From positions 71,584 through 135,583 of the forward strand of contig JAUNNH010000004.1 of assembly GCA_030531505.1 (NCBI GenBank): 64,000 nt of DNA, written 5' to 3'. This DNA comes from Eubacteriales bacterium. GTDB taxonomy: Bacteria; Bacillota; Clostridia; Oscillospirales; Oscillospiraceae. Every line of letters begins with the position of its first letter. The first letter of the stretch is position 1. Positions 47,518 through 55,651 of this stretch are shown in pieces. The position numbers and the translations under genes were made by a program. The notes under the pieces are model-generated. The model saw only the letters and a program-made list of their open reading frames with translations, made no database searches and was not told where the DNA came from.

Positions 47518-48207
47518 TTATGGACCGGATGAAATAGGTTGATACATCAAATCTGTAAAGCTTTCGATTCCATCAACATGCTCCTGCATATTACGTTTTG
47601 GAAATTGCTTCATAGGATCAAGGAGAACATCAATACCACTCTTTCTAGCCATCTTAACAACAGGCAAAAAGTCGCTATCTCCTGCGATGAGAACAATTTG
47701 ATCAACCAGATGATCATTTGCTAGAGATGCAACATCAAGGCCTATCCTCATGTCAACACCCTTTTGTTTTACGTCGAGCCGAAAGTCGTTTTCTGTTAAT
47801 GTTGCAATTTGCTTTGTACCAGAAAGAAGATCGTTGAGTACAGTTTCTTTTAAGACAAAAGATGCTGTTGATTCTGCTAACTCGCCTCTTCGTAAGGCAA
47901 CTTTCCGTTTTTCTACGAGATATTTGAAAAAATCATTTGACCAGCGCGTACCAGGCAGAGAAGAATAATCAATATCGTTTTTTGTGAGTGGATGCTTAAC
48001 TGTCCTTGTCATAGGAGGACAATCATAATAAAATATACGGTATAAATCGCGCGGCTCTGATGGCTCAGTGATATGCAATAAGCAATAAGAATATAATTCG
48101 GATGCTCTTTCCAATGGGGTTTTATTTCCCCACAAGTCGCGAGATCTTACTCGATAATATCCCCCATCTACCAGAATTGCAGTTTTTCTAGTAAGCTTGT
48201 TCTCCAT
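47518..48207 (-). CDS. NYN-domain (LabA/PIN-like) putative RNase
   Basis: The conserved acidic motifs ILVDGGY, KGVDMRIGLD and IAGDSDFLP are present, and the gene is clearly AT-rich. Confidence 0.8.
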   Translation of the reverse strand: MENKLTRKTAILVDGGYYRVRSRDLWGNKTPLERASELYSYCLLHITEPSEPRDLYRIFYYDCPPMTRTVKHPLTKNDIDYSSLPGTRWSNDFFKYLVEKRKVALRRGELAESTASFVLKETVLNDLLSGTKQIATLTENDFRLDVKQKGVDMRIGLDVASLANDHLVDQIVLIAGDSDFLPVVKMARKSGIDVLLDPMKQFPKRNMQEHVDGIESFTDLMYQPISSGP

Positions 48208-48450
48208 AGATTATTTCTCTCTCTCAATAAAATAAACCCTTGAGGTTGGATCATCCCGAAAGATGGGAGTCCTTGCCCAAGGGTTCAATAGATAATGTAA
48301 CAAGGAACTCTTGCTACTTGTATATATTATTCCCGGCCAGGTAAAAAGTCAACATGTTTTTTTGTTCACAAGTTGTTCATAATCAGCAGGGGCTCTCTTC
48401 AATGACAATTAACTGTGGACAGCAGAGAAGCAGACAGTTGGGGAATTGTT

Positions 48451-48483
48451 TGGCGCACATTTGGCGCACACTCGTGCGCCAAA
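48451..48483 (+). repeat. candidate arm-type integrase sites near attR (two direct, one inverted TTTGGCGCA)
   Basis: tggcgcacatttggcgcaca is followed by the inverted tgcgccaaa. Confidence 0.6.
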
Positions 48484-48587
48484 TGATCTGAGGCGGTGAA
48501 AAACTATGAGAAGGCTGTTCCGGAAAAACCGCATGAAATCTGAGCATTTCCGAAGTTGTGAAAAGACGTGAAAAGCACAAGCGACAA

Positions 48588-48632
48588 CTCATAACCCGGA
48601 GGTCGTTGGTTCGAATCCTTCCCCCGCAACCA
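48588..48632 (+). repeat. attR of element 1 / attL of element 2: partial tRNA-fMet (3' 45 nt)
   Basis: It is identical to 40301-40345 and lacks the tRNA 5' half. Confidence 0.9.
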
Positions 48633-48635
48633 TCC

Positions 48636-48674
48636 AACCGTCTGATTTCGTTATGAAATCAGACGGTTTTCTTT
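48636..48674 (+). terminator. terminator hairpin after the partial tRNA copy
   Basis: aaccgtctgatttc/gaaatcagacggtt followed by ttcttt. Confidence 0.7.
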
Positions 48675-48794
48675 GCTTTGAGCCGCTTTTACGCTCAAAA
48701 TATTCCAAAACAAAACACCCGTTTTTGCTTGACCCTTATTCTGACCCTTTATCCGCGAAAACGGAGTGTCAGAGATTCGCATAAAATAGACGCT

Positions 48795-49970
48795 TTATTC
48801 TGCGTTGGATTGAAGAGATTTGATGTATTGCCCCATGCGGTTGGCACTCTCTTTTTTCATGCCCGGCGTGGAGTGCGCATAGGTGCTGAGCGTGAAGGAC
48901 GCAGTGGCATGACCGAGATTTTCCTGCACGGTCTTGATGTCGTCCCCGGCACGGAGGCTGTTCACTGCAAAGGTATGGCGGAGCGAGTGGAAGCGCAGCT
49001 CGTCAAAGCCGTTTTCCTTCATCAGCCGCTTGAAGCGGTTGTACAGAGTCTTGTTGCTGACGTAGCGTCCCAGCTCATTGGTGAACACCAGCTGATCCGG
49101 ATTCGACCAGGCACTTCCCGCGGCTTCTGCCCAGGCATTCTGTTTTGCCTGCTGGCGGCGTAAAGCGTCCATGACTTCATCGGCTACGGTCAGCGTTCGG
49201 ATCTTATCGTTCTTCAGGCTCGCAAACACATATTCCTTTGTCTTGCGAAGCAGCGTGTGCTGCTTGTTGATCAGGAGCGTGTTGTTCTCGAAGTCCACAC
49301 AGTCCCAGGTCAGGCCCAGCACTTCACCCTGCCGCAGGCCGGTGAAGACGGTCACGAAGTAGATCAGCTCGTCCGGCTCGCCTTTGATGACGGTCAGAAA
49401 CCGGAGCATCTCGTCGTCAGCCAGCGTCTCGACCTTCGTCTTCTCCACGCGGGGAACGATCACCGCATCCAGCGGGTTCGTGCGGATGTATCCCAGCCGC
49501 TTGGCCTGCTCCATCGCCCTGTGCAGCGCACCGTGGAGATTCTTGATCGTCTTGGGGGAGAGTCCCTTTTCGTTCAGCAGCTCGTTGTACAGATGCTGGA
49601 CCATGTGAGGGGTCAGTTTGCCGAGCTGGATCTGGCCGAGATTCGGCTTGAGGTGGGTGCGCACATGGCTGTCGTAGATGCTTCGCGTAGAGGGCTTTAG
49701 GTTTACGGTATAATCATTTATCCAGATATCCAGCCAGGTGCCGAGCTTCATGCTGCAGGGGTCGGTGTAGATCCCCTCGTCGATCTCAGTCGTGACCTTC
49801 GCCAGTTTCTGCCGAACCTCTTTTTGCGAATCTCCATAGATAGATCGCTGGATCTGCTTGCCGGTTTTGGGACTGAAGCCGACAGAGTAGCGGGCCTCCC
49901 ATCGCCCATCCGAGCGTTTTCGGATCGTACCTGCGCCTTTTGCGTTCTTTGTTGATTTGCTGTTTGACAA
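48795..49970 (-). CDS. tyrosine recombinase / integrase (element 2)
   Basis: The N-terminus is GTIRKRSDGRWEARYSVGF and the catalytic region is RFHSLRHTFAV...LGHATASFTLSTYAH. Confidence 0.9.
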   Translation of the reverse strand: MSNSKSTKNAKGAGTIRKRSDGRWEARYSVGFSPKTGKQIQRSIYGDSQKEVRQKLAKVTTEIDEGIYTDPCSMKLGTWLDIWINDYTVNLKPSTRSIYDSHVRTHLKPNLGQIQLGKLTPHMVQHLYNELLNEKGLSPKTIKNLHGALHRAMEQAKRLGYIRTNPLDAVIVPRVEKTKVETLADDEMLRFLTVIKGEPDELIYFVTVFTGLRQGEVLGLTWDCVDFENNTLLINKQHTLLRKTKEYVFASLKNDKIRTLTVADEVMDALRRQQAKQNAWAEAAGSAWSNPDQLVFTNELGRYVSNKTLYNRFKRLMKENGFDELRFHSLRHTFAVNSLRAGDDIKTVQENLGHATASFTLSTYAHSTPGMKKESANRMGQYIKSLQSNAE

Positions 49971-50136
49971 AATGACCTCACTTTCCTCCGTGATGAATCC
50001 GTTCTGTCGTGATGGATCCCGGAATCATTATAGCACTTCAACACTTTAAAGCAAGAAAAACTTTTTCCCCTCTCGCTTACTTCTTCGCGGGAGAGCTTTT
50101 CATTTCGGGGCGGTCATTTTTGGCCGCCCCTGTGCA

Positions 50137-50337
50137 TTACTTCTGCGTGCTCACTTCGATCCACTGAATCAACCGATCCTTCGGAACGAGCATCCGCTTC
50201 CCAATATGCAGGGTCGGGAAATCCTCCTGCCGCATAAGGGCATAGGCATTGGAGCGCGATATGCCGAGCACGGCTGCCACCTGCTCCGCCCGCAGTGTGA
50301 TGGGCAGTTGGTCAAACGAGGTGACGTTCGTTTTCAT
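50137..50337 (-). CDS. excisionase / HTH_17 DNA-binding protein
   Basis: LRAEQVAAVLGISRSNAYALMRQEDFPTLHIGKRMLVPKDRLIQWI is present. The internal ATG is at 50337. Confidence 0.7.
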   Translation of the reverse strand: MKTNVTSFDQLPITLRAEQVAAVLGISRSNAYALMRQEDFPTLHIGKRMLVPKDRLIQWIEVSTQK

Positions 50338-51133
50338 GGTTTCTCCTTTCCAGCTCGGCAATCAGTTTTTTCATCAGAGCCATTTTTTGATTCTTTCCTG
50401 CACTTCGCAGGTTTTCTCGCCCGAAGAAAAGGGGCGTGGTCATGGTCAGCACGCGGTCGTAGATGCGACGCTTATCCAGATCGGTTTCTTTTTGCAACTC
50501 TCGCAGTGTCAGATTCGTGGTGACGATCAGCGGCTTCCCGCTGAGATAGCGCCCGTCGATCACGTCATATACGGTTTCCAGGCCGAATTTGGTGTCCCGT
50601 TCCATGCCCAGATCGTCCAGGATCAGCAGTGGGCAGGAGCAGAGCAGGTGAATGTACGCCTCCCGATCCTCAAAGCCGTGGTTGATAACAGCCGCCAGAT
50701 TGGTCATACGGACGGGGATCTCCTGCTCGATCAGGGCGTTGGCGATACAGGCGGCCAGATAGGTCTTGCCTGTGCCCACATCACCCCAGAACAGTAATCC
50801 GGCATTTTGGGTGGAAACTGTTGACCAGTTCTCCACATAGTGACGGCATTGTGCCAGCCGTTCCGTCTGTATGCTGGCGTTGGCAAACGTCCAGCTGTAC
50901 ATGGCAGGGTAGGCAAAGCAGTTCCGCCGAAGCTCTGCAACTCTGAGCCGGTGATGGATCTCACGCAGCTTCTGCTCCTCGTTCGCCTGCCTCTCGCGCT
51001 CACAGCGGCATGGGCGCGGATGGCGGTCACTTCCGAAGATGGCTTCTCCATTCTCCCAGAGAGCTTCCTTTGGCTCATGGCATACGCCGCAGTACAGCAG
51101 GCCGTCTTCCCCAATGTAGTTCTCTTCGCTCAT
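50312..51133 (-). CDS. DnaC/IstB-like AAA+ ATPase with N-terminal Cys motif
   Basis: Walker A is GDVGTGKT and Walker B is LLILDDLG. Confidence 0.8.
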   Translation of the reverse strand: MSEENYIGEDGLLYCGVCHEPKEALWENGEAIFGSDRHPRPCRCERERQANEEQKLREIHHRLRVAELRRNCFAYPAMYSWTFANASIQTERLAQCRHYVENWSTVSTQNAGLLFWGDVGTGKTYLAACIANALIEQEIPVRMTNLAAVINHGFEDREAYIHLLCSCPLLILDDLGMERDTKFGLETVYDVIDGRYLSGKPLIVTTNLTLRELQKETDLDKRRIYDRVLTMTTPLFFGRENLRSAGKNQKMALMKKLIAELERRNHENERHLV

Positions 51134-51864
51134 AAGCTGTCCTCCCCCTCATAGCTGTAATCCCGTTCTGGCTGGGAATCGGCGTTCTTCCTGCGGTCAT
51201 TCGCTGCCCACTTCCGAATTCCAGCCTCATAGTCGTGATAGGTTTTGCTGTTGGCCTTCAGGTACACGCTCATCTCTTCTATGTACCGATCCAGATCTTC
51301 AGGATAATCTTCCTGAAGCGATTGAAGCTGCCCCTCTGAGAGAAACAAATTTCCATAGCGGCCATAGCCCTTTGCTTTCTCAGTATGGTTTCTTGATTCT
51401 GGTTTTTCTGTATTGTTTCTTGGGACCGGTTTTCCGATACCTCCTGGGCCGATTATTCGATCAGGTCTTGTCCGGTTTTTCGGTATAGCCGGGGCCGGTT
51501 TTCCGTCCTCTTCTGTCTCAGCTAGGACGACTTTCAGATAGATGCGCCGTCCACCCCGTCCGGCATAGCGTTCTCTTTCAATCAGATCGGCCTCATCCAG
51601 ATCATGCAGCGCCTGCTGAACGGCACTGCGGCCTTTTCTGAGTGTTTGCCCGATCTCCGCTTCCGAGAAATAGACATATACCCGTCCACGCTCGTCCATC
51701 CAGCCGCTTTGCAGGGACAGTTTCGCCCGATTGAGCAGCTGTGCGTAGAGCACCCGCGCGGTCATGCTCAGCTCCAGCTTCAACAGATAGTTCGGAAACG
51801 GCGCGAAGCCGGCAAGCTCCGTTTCCCTTGTGTAATAGGTCGTCTTGTAGTTTGTTGGATTCAT
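51130..51864 (-). CDS. replication initiator, RepA_N family
   Basis: FAPFPNYLLKLELSMTARVLYAQLLNRAKLSLQSGWMDERGRVYVYF matches the RepA_N pattern. Confidence 0.75.
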   Translation of the reverse strand: MNPTNYKTTYYTRETELAGFAPFPNYLLKLELSMTARVLYAQLLNRAKLSLQSGWMDERGRVYVYFSEAEIGQTLRKGRSAVQQALHDLDEADLIERERYAGRGGRRIYLKVVLAETEEDGKPAPAIPKNRTRPDRIIGPGGIGKPVPRNNTEKPESRNHTEKAKGYGRYGNLFLSEGQLQSLQEDYPEDLDRYIEEMSVYLKANSKTYHDYEAGIRKWAANDRRKNADSQPERDYSYEGEDSL

Positions 51865-52005
51865 TTTTGACGCCTCCCTTCACTAATCCCAATCTCAGGG
51901 GCCGGTTTTGCAACCACCTGGACAAAAAATATTTGTGAACTTTTTGTGAACGAGAGGCTGTATCAAAAGAGGTCTGGCTTAAAGGGTATGACAAAAAAGA
52001 CCGGC

Positions 52006-53718
52006 CTACCGCTCCACATCCGCTTTCCTGCGGCCTTGTGATCTCAGCTTTTGCGTTCCAACCACCTGCTGCTTTTCGTGGAGACGATTCAAGAGAGAAG
52101 CCTTTCCCGACAGGTCATTGTCCAGTTGCTCACTTTCCAAGGCCTGGTGAACGTGTGCTGCGGTTCCATCCAGAATCGCGTCCACATTGGCGCATACCGT
52201 CCGTAGTTCCTTTTCGTACTCTTGGAAGTACTTGCAGGTGCCGCGCTGGGCTTCCTTCCTCTGCAGCAACTGATTCCGTTCCTGCTTCAACCCTTTGAGC
52301 GACGGCACAACGGCATTCATGTTCTCCTTGATGTATTTCACTGCCGTTTCATAAAGATCCAGCTCATCGCCGTGCTGCTCCCGGAATCGTGTTTTGTTTT
52401 TTGCTTTCAGGAATTCAGCCTTCACCGCCTTGTTGCTTTTGTATTGCCCCACATAGTGGATCTGCTCATTGAGCGTCCGGATACGATCCTCGGTATTGTG
52501 GAAAGTTTGCTGGGCTTCCTGTAGCTTGCTCCGGATCTCTTCCAGCTTGGACTTTAGATCGTCACGGGTATCAAGACCGTTTTCCTGGATATAGCAGACG
52601 GTCTTTGCCATCTCTTTCAGATTGGTGAGCTTCACCTTCTGTGCGTAGGCTGCGCTCTGATGCGCCTTGACGCAACTTTGCAAATCGGTGACCAGCCGAA
52701 GATTGGAACGGATGAACAAAATTGCCTCGGGATCAGATTCGTAGTCATAGCCGGGATCGAACGTGAGGGATTTTTTGTTCTTCTCCAGTACCGCCAGTAA
52801 ATGATCTTTCTCGAAGTCGGCCCCCAGACGCCGAGCCGTGATATATCGTTCCCTGTCTGGCAGGAGATAGCTGAATCGGCCTCTGCTCTCTTTTAGCGTG
52901 ATCCCATATTTCTCTCGTAGCCCATTCTGCAATTCTTCAAAGGAACAGGCAGAAGCGGAAACATCGTTGATCGCATCCCGGAGCCTTTGCAGCTCGGTCT
53001 GGAATTTGTTAAAGCGCGGCTTCAAGCCGTCCGCGATGATCCTGGTGTTGAGCTCTTCCAGCTTTTCTTGCCCCCGCTGTTCCTTGCGGTATTCCTTCTC
53101 TGTAATCTTCACCGCTGCGGGGGACAGCAAATCTATCTGGTGCAAGCCCTCCCGCTCTGTGATCTCCATCAACCCCTTCTGCATGGCGGTCAGGAGCTCC
53201 CTCGTCTGATGGTGTTTGTATCCGGCACGGGAATCGTAGCTGCGCTCCATAAAGGGCTGCGGCTCTACGTCCAGTTTCCGCAAACTGTTCAAAACGATAT
53301 GCACATGGATATTCCCGCTTTTGTTGTTCCCGTCCATGTGGGTACACACCAACATCTGATGGCCAGCAAAAAAGCGGTTGGCAAATTCCAGACCGATGGC
53401 CTGGGCTCGTCTTCCGTCCAGGCCGCATTCCGTCACATCCCGCGGATCGAAGCTGATGATGTAATGGTGAGATTTCACATCGCCGCGATTCTGGTTTTTG
53501 TGAAAAGCCCGGTTGAGCTGTTTGCACTCCAGATCAAAGGTCAGCGCCTCGCAGCTGATCCCATCCAGATAGAATTCCGTGCGCAGCAGACGATGACCAT
53601 TTTCGTCCAGCAGCTCTTTTCCGGTTTTCTCATCATGCTGGAACATGAGATAATCCAAAACAGCACTGTAGTCGGAACTCTTACTGGACAGATGTTTTAA
53701 AATTGCCAATTCCCTCAC
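52006..53718 (-). CDS. relaxase/mobilisation nuclease (MobA/VirD2 family)
   Basis: HHYIISFDP and the histidine triad context GNIHVHIVLNS are present, followed by a long coiled-coil C-terminus. Confidence 0.85.
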   Translation of the reverse strand: MRELAILKHLSSKSSDYSAVLDYLMFQHDEKTGKELLDENGHRLLRTEFYLDGISCEALTFDLECKQLNRAFHKNQNRGDVKSHHYIISFDPRDVTECGLDGRRAQAIGLEFANRFFAGHQMLVCTHMDGNNKSGNIHVHIVLNSLRKLDVEPQPFMERSYDSRAGYKHHQTRELLTAMQKGLMEITEREGLHQIDLLSPAAVKITEKEYRKEQRGQEKLEELNTRIIADGLKPRFNKFQTELQRLRDAINDVSASACSFEELQNGLREKYGITLKESRGRFSYLLPDRERYITARRLGADFEKDHLLAVLEKNKKSLTFDPGYDYESDPEAILFIRSNLRLVTDLQSCVKAHQSAAYAQKVKLTNLKEMAKTVCYIQENGLDTRDDLKSKLEEIRSKLQEAQQTFHNTEDRIRTLNEQIHYVGQYKSNKAVKAEFLKAKNKTRFREQHGDELDLYETAVKYIKENMNAVVPSLKGLKQERNQLLQRKEAQRGTCKYFQEYEKELRTVCANVDAILDGTAAHVHQALESEQLDNDLSGKASLLNRLHEKQQVVGTQKLRSQGRRKADVER

Positions 53719-54073
53719 CTGCCAGTCTTTTCAGCACAGCCAGCATGGTCAGCACTGCATCCGTGGCTCCGCGGATCGCATCCTGCATGGCCTGAGAGTA
53801 CGTCCCGCCGGTGTTGTAGTATTTTGAAATCTGCTGCAGATCGACCAGGATGCCGTTCAGTTCCCTCACCGCCTTTTTCACTTCTTCTAGATCGGCGATA
53901 ATCTGAAACGTCGTTTCCACCTTTCCATGCACACTGCGATCACGGAGATAATCTGTGACCGTGGTGTTTTGCCTTTTTGTCAATTCTGTTATCTTCGCAT
54001 ATTCCGCCTCCGAGAAACGGATAGAGATCTGCTTACCCTTTCTCAGCGATTCATCTTTCTTTGGCCTTGCCAT
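53681..54073 (-). CDS. mobC: relaxosome accessory protein MobC
   Basis: It has the RHH-like ISIRFSEAEYAKI and a conserved LNGILVDLQQISKYYN block, and overlaps the relaxase start. Confidence 0.8.
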   Translation of the reverse strand: MARPKKDESLRKGKQISIRFSEAEYAKITELTKRQNTTVTDYLRDRSVHGKVETTFQIIADLEEVKKAVRELNGILVDLQQISKYYNTGGTYSQAMQDAIRGATDAVLTMLAVLKRLAGEGIGNFKTSVQ

Positions 54074-54625
54074 GATTTTATTTCCTCCTCACGTTTTGCT
54101 GTTTTTAGAATTTTGGCTTTGACGAGAATCGTCACCGGGGCAGCTTTCCCGCAAAAGGGAAAGGCTGCATCCGCTGCGACTACGCCAGTAGGAGCCACAG
54201 AGAAAAACGCCGTTTTTCTCAAACCGAGGGATTGGGGAATCGAAATCCCCAACAAGATGGCCAGACGGCAAAAACCGAAAACGGAGTTTTTGCATGTCGC
54301 AGGCGTATCTTGCGTTATAACAGTTGATCTCCTCACGTACCCCATTCTTCGGCCCGTCAATTGCAACCATGTTGGAGCAGATTTCTCAAAAACGTTTATC
54401 CCCCTCTACTTAACCCAAACTCAGAGGCCACTTTTGCAAGTACCTCATACGAAAAAACATGAAAAAATCGCAGCCGATGAGAAAACTCCCATTGGCTACG
54501 AAGAGCTAATCAAGATTTCATTCTTTTCACAAAATGAATAAGATGTTCGTAAAGTTGAATTTTTGTTGTGTTGTTTTGCTCGATATGATAAAATAGGATT
54601 AGTTTACAAACGTGAGGTGTTTCTT

Positions 54626-54838
54626 ATGCCTGTCAGTTACAAAAAACTCTGGAAGCTCTTGATCGACAAAGATCTGAAAAAGACCGATCTGCGCACAGTG
54701 GCTGGACTCAGCACGGGCACACTGGCGAAGCTCGGTAAAAATGAGGGCGTCTCAACAGACGTCCTTGTCCGCATCTGCCGCGCGCTTAATTGCGACATCG
54801 GCGACATTATGGAAGTGCTGCCGGAGGACAGGTCGTAA
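54626..54838 (+). CDS. XRE-family HTH protein
   Basis: MPVSYKKLWKLLIDKDLKKTDLRTVAGLSTGTLAKLGKNEGVSTDVLVRICRALNCDIGDIME is a canonical Cro/C1 HTH. Confidence 0.85.
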   Translation: MPVSYKKLWKLLIDKDLKKTDLRTVAGLSTGTLAKLGKNEGVSTDVLVRICRALNCDIGDIMEVLPEDRS

Positions 54839-54844
54839 CCAGCA

Positions 54845-55567
54845 ATGGATTATGGGCAGAGGAAATCTGTGATGACTGAAATTGAAAACCTATTCGATGA
54901 AAATCTCTTGCTTCCCAATTTAAAAGGTGCCGCATATTTTATCCTTTTGTATGAGCACGTTGAAGATAGCGTGATCAGCGCAGTAAAGGAATGCTATTCT
55001 ATCCCGTGTGTACTGGATGGAAAGATGTATTCCAGTATCGATGATGACTATATCAAAGCATTAAATGAGAAAATTGCCGCCGGTGAAAAGTCTTCCTTCG
55101 CCCCATTCGAGCTGCAGCTAAGGGAGGCAGAACGGTTACGGGAACGTTATCTTGATGAAGTTATCCGCCCCAAAAAAGAATCCGATAAAGAAAAGGACGG
55201 GAAACGCCTTAGAGGATCCCTTAATTGGATGCAGGAAAACGGCGTCCTTTCTGAGCAAGATGTCTCCCGACTTTTCCAGATACGCAAAAGAAGAAATGAT
55301 ATTGTTCATGAACTGCTGGAAGTACTGTCCGAGGGACTATCTGAAAGTGATGCCGGGATGATCGCAGACTTGCTGGCCATCAGCCATAAAATCAACACCT
55401 GGCATTTTCGTGAAATAGATATGCCCGCCTTAGGAATCGAATTGCCTGAGGGCACAACATCAGATGATGTGGTAGGTGGAGATGATGCCATTTTGTCCGG
55501 ACTATTCCGAATACTGTTTTTAAATGATGGCGCGCTTTTCAAAGAAGAAATCGAGAAACTAAAATGA
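54845..55567 (+). CDS. putative HEPN-domain protein (R-N-x3-H motif)
   Basis: LFQIRKRRNDIVHELLE contains RNxxxH in a predicted helical context. It lies 7 nt downstream of the XRE gene. The alternative start is 54875. Confidence 0.5.
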   Translation: MDYGQRKSVMTEIENLFDENLLLPNLKGAAYFILLYEHVEDSVISAVKECYSIPCVLDGKMYSSIDDDYIKALNEKIAAGEKSSFAPFELQLREAERLRERYLDEVIRPKKESDKEKDGKRLRGSLNWMQENGVLSEQDVSRLFQIRKRRNDIVHELLEVLSEGLSESDAGMIADLLAISHKINTWHFREIDMPALGIELPEGTTSDDVVGGDDAILSGLFRILFLNDGALFKEEIEKLK

Positions 55568-55651
55568 CCGATAAAGTCCAGGATCAACAATTGCATTGCG
55601 GAACAAATTGATCCTTCATTCCAGCGCATAAAAGAAATAGGGGTACACACC

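Larger units (their letters stand above)
40346..48632. mobile_element. integrative element 1 (about 8.3 kb) in tRNA-fMet; phage-satellite/PICI-like or small regulatory-module IME
   Basis: It is bounded by the 45-nt direct repeat and has a tyrosine integrase next to attL, divergent XRE and cro-like/xis genes, a rep-like gene plus iterons, and AT-rich cargo. No capsid, tail or relaxase genes were seen. Confidence 0.75.

Noticed and set aside
48208-48300. Possible structured 5' leader of the NYN gene (aacccttg ... caagggtt).
   Set aside because: Only the outer 8-bp pairing holds. The inner segments I first paired are not actually complementary when checked antiparallel.
53927-54541. A 204-aa plus-strand ORF upstream of, and overlapping, mobC.
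   Set aside because: It is antisense to the well-supported mobC and otherwise covers the non-coding oriT-candidate region. It has no SD, and its composition is Phe/Cys/Leu-rich.
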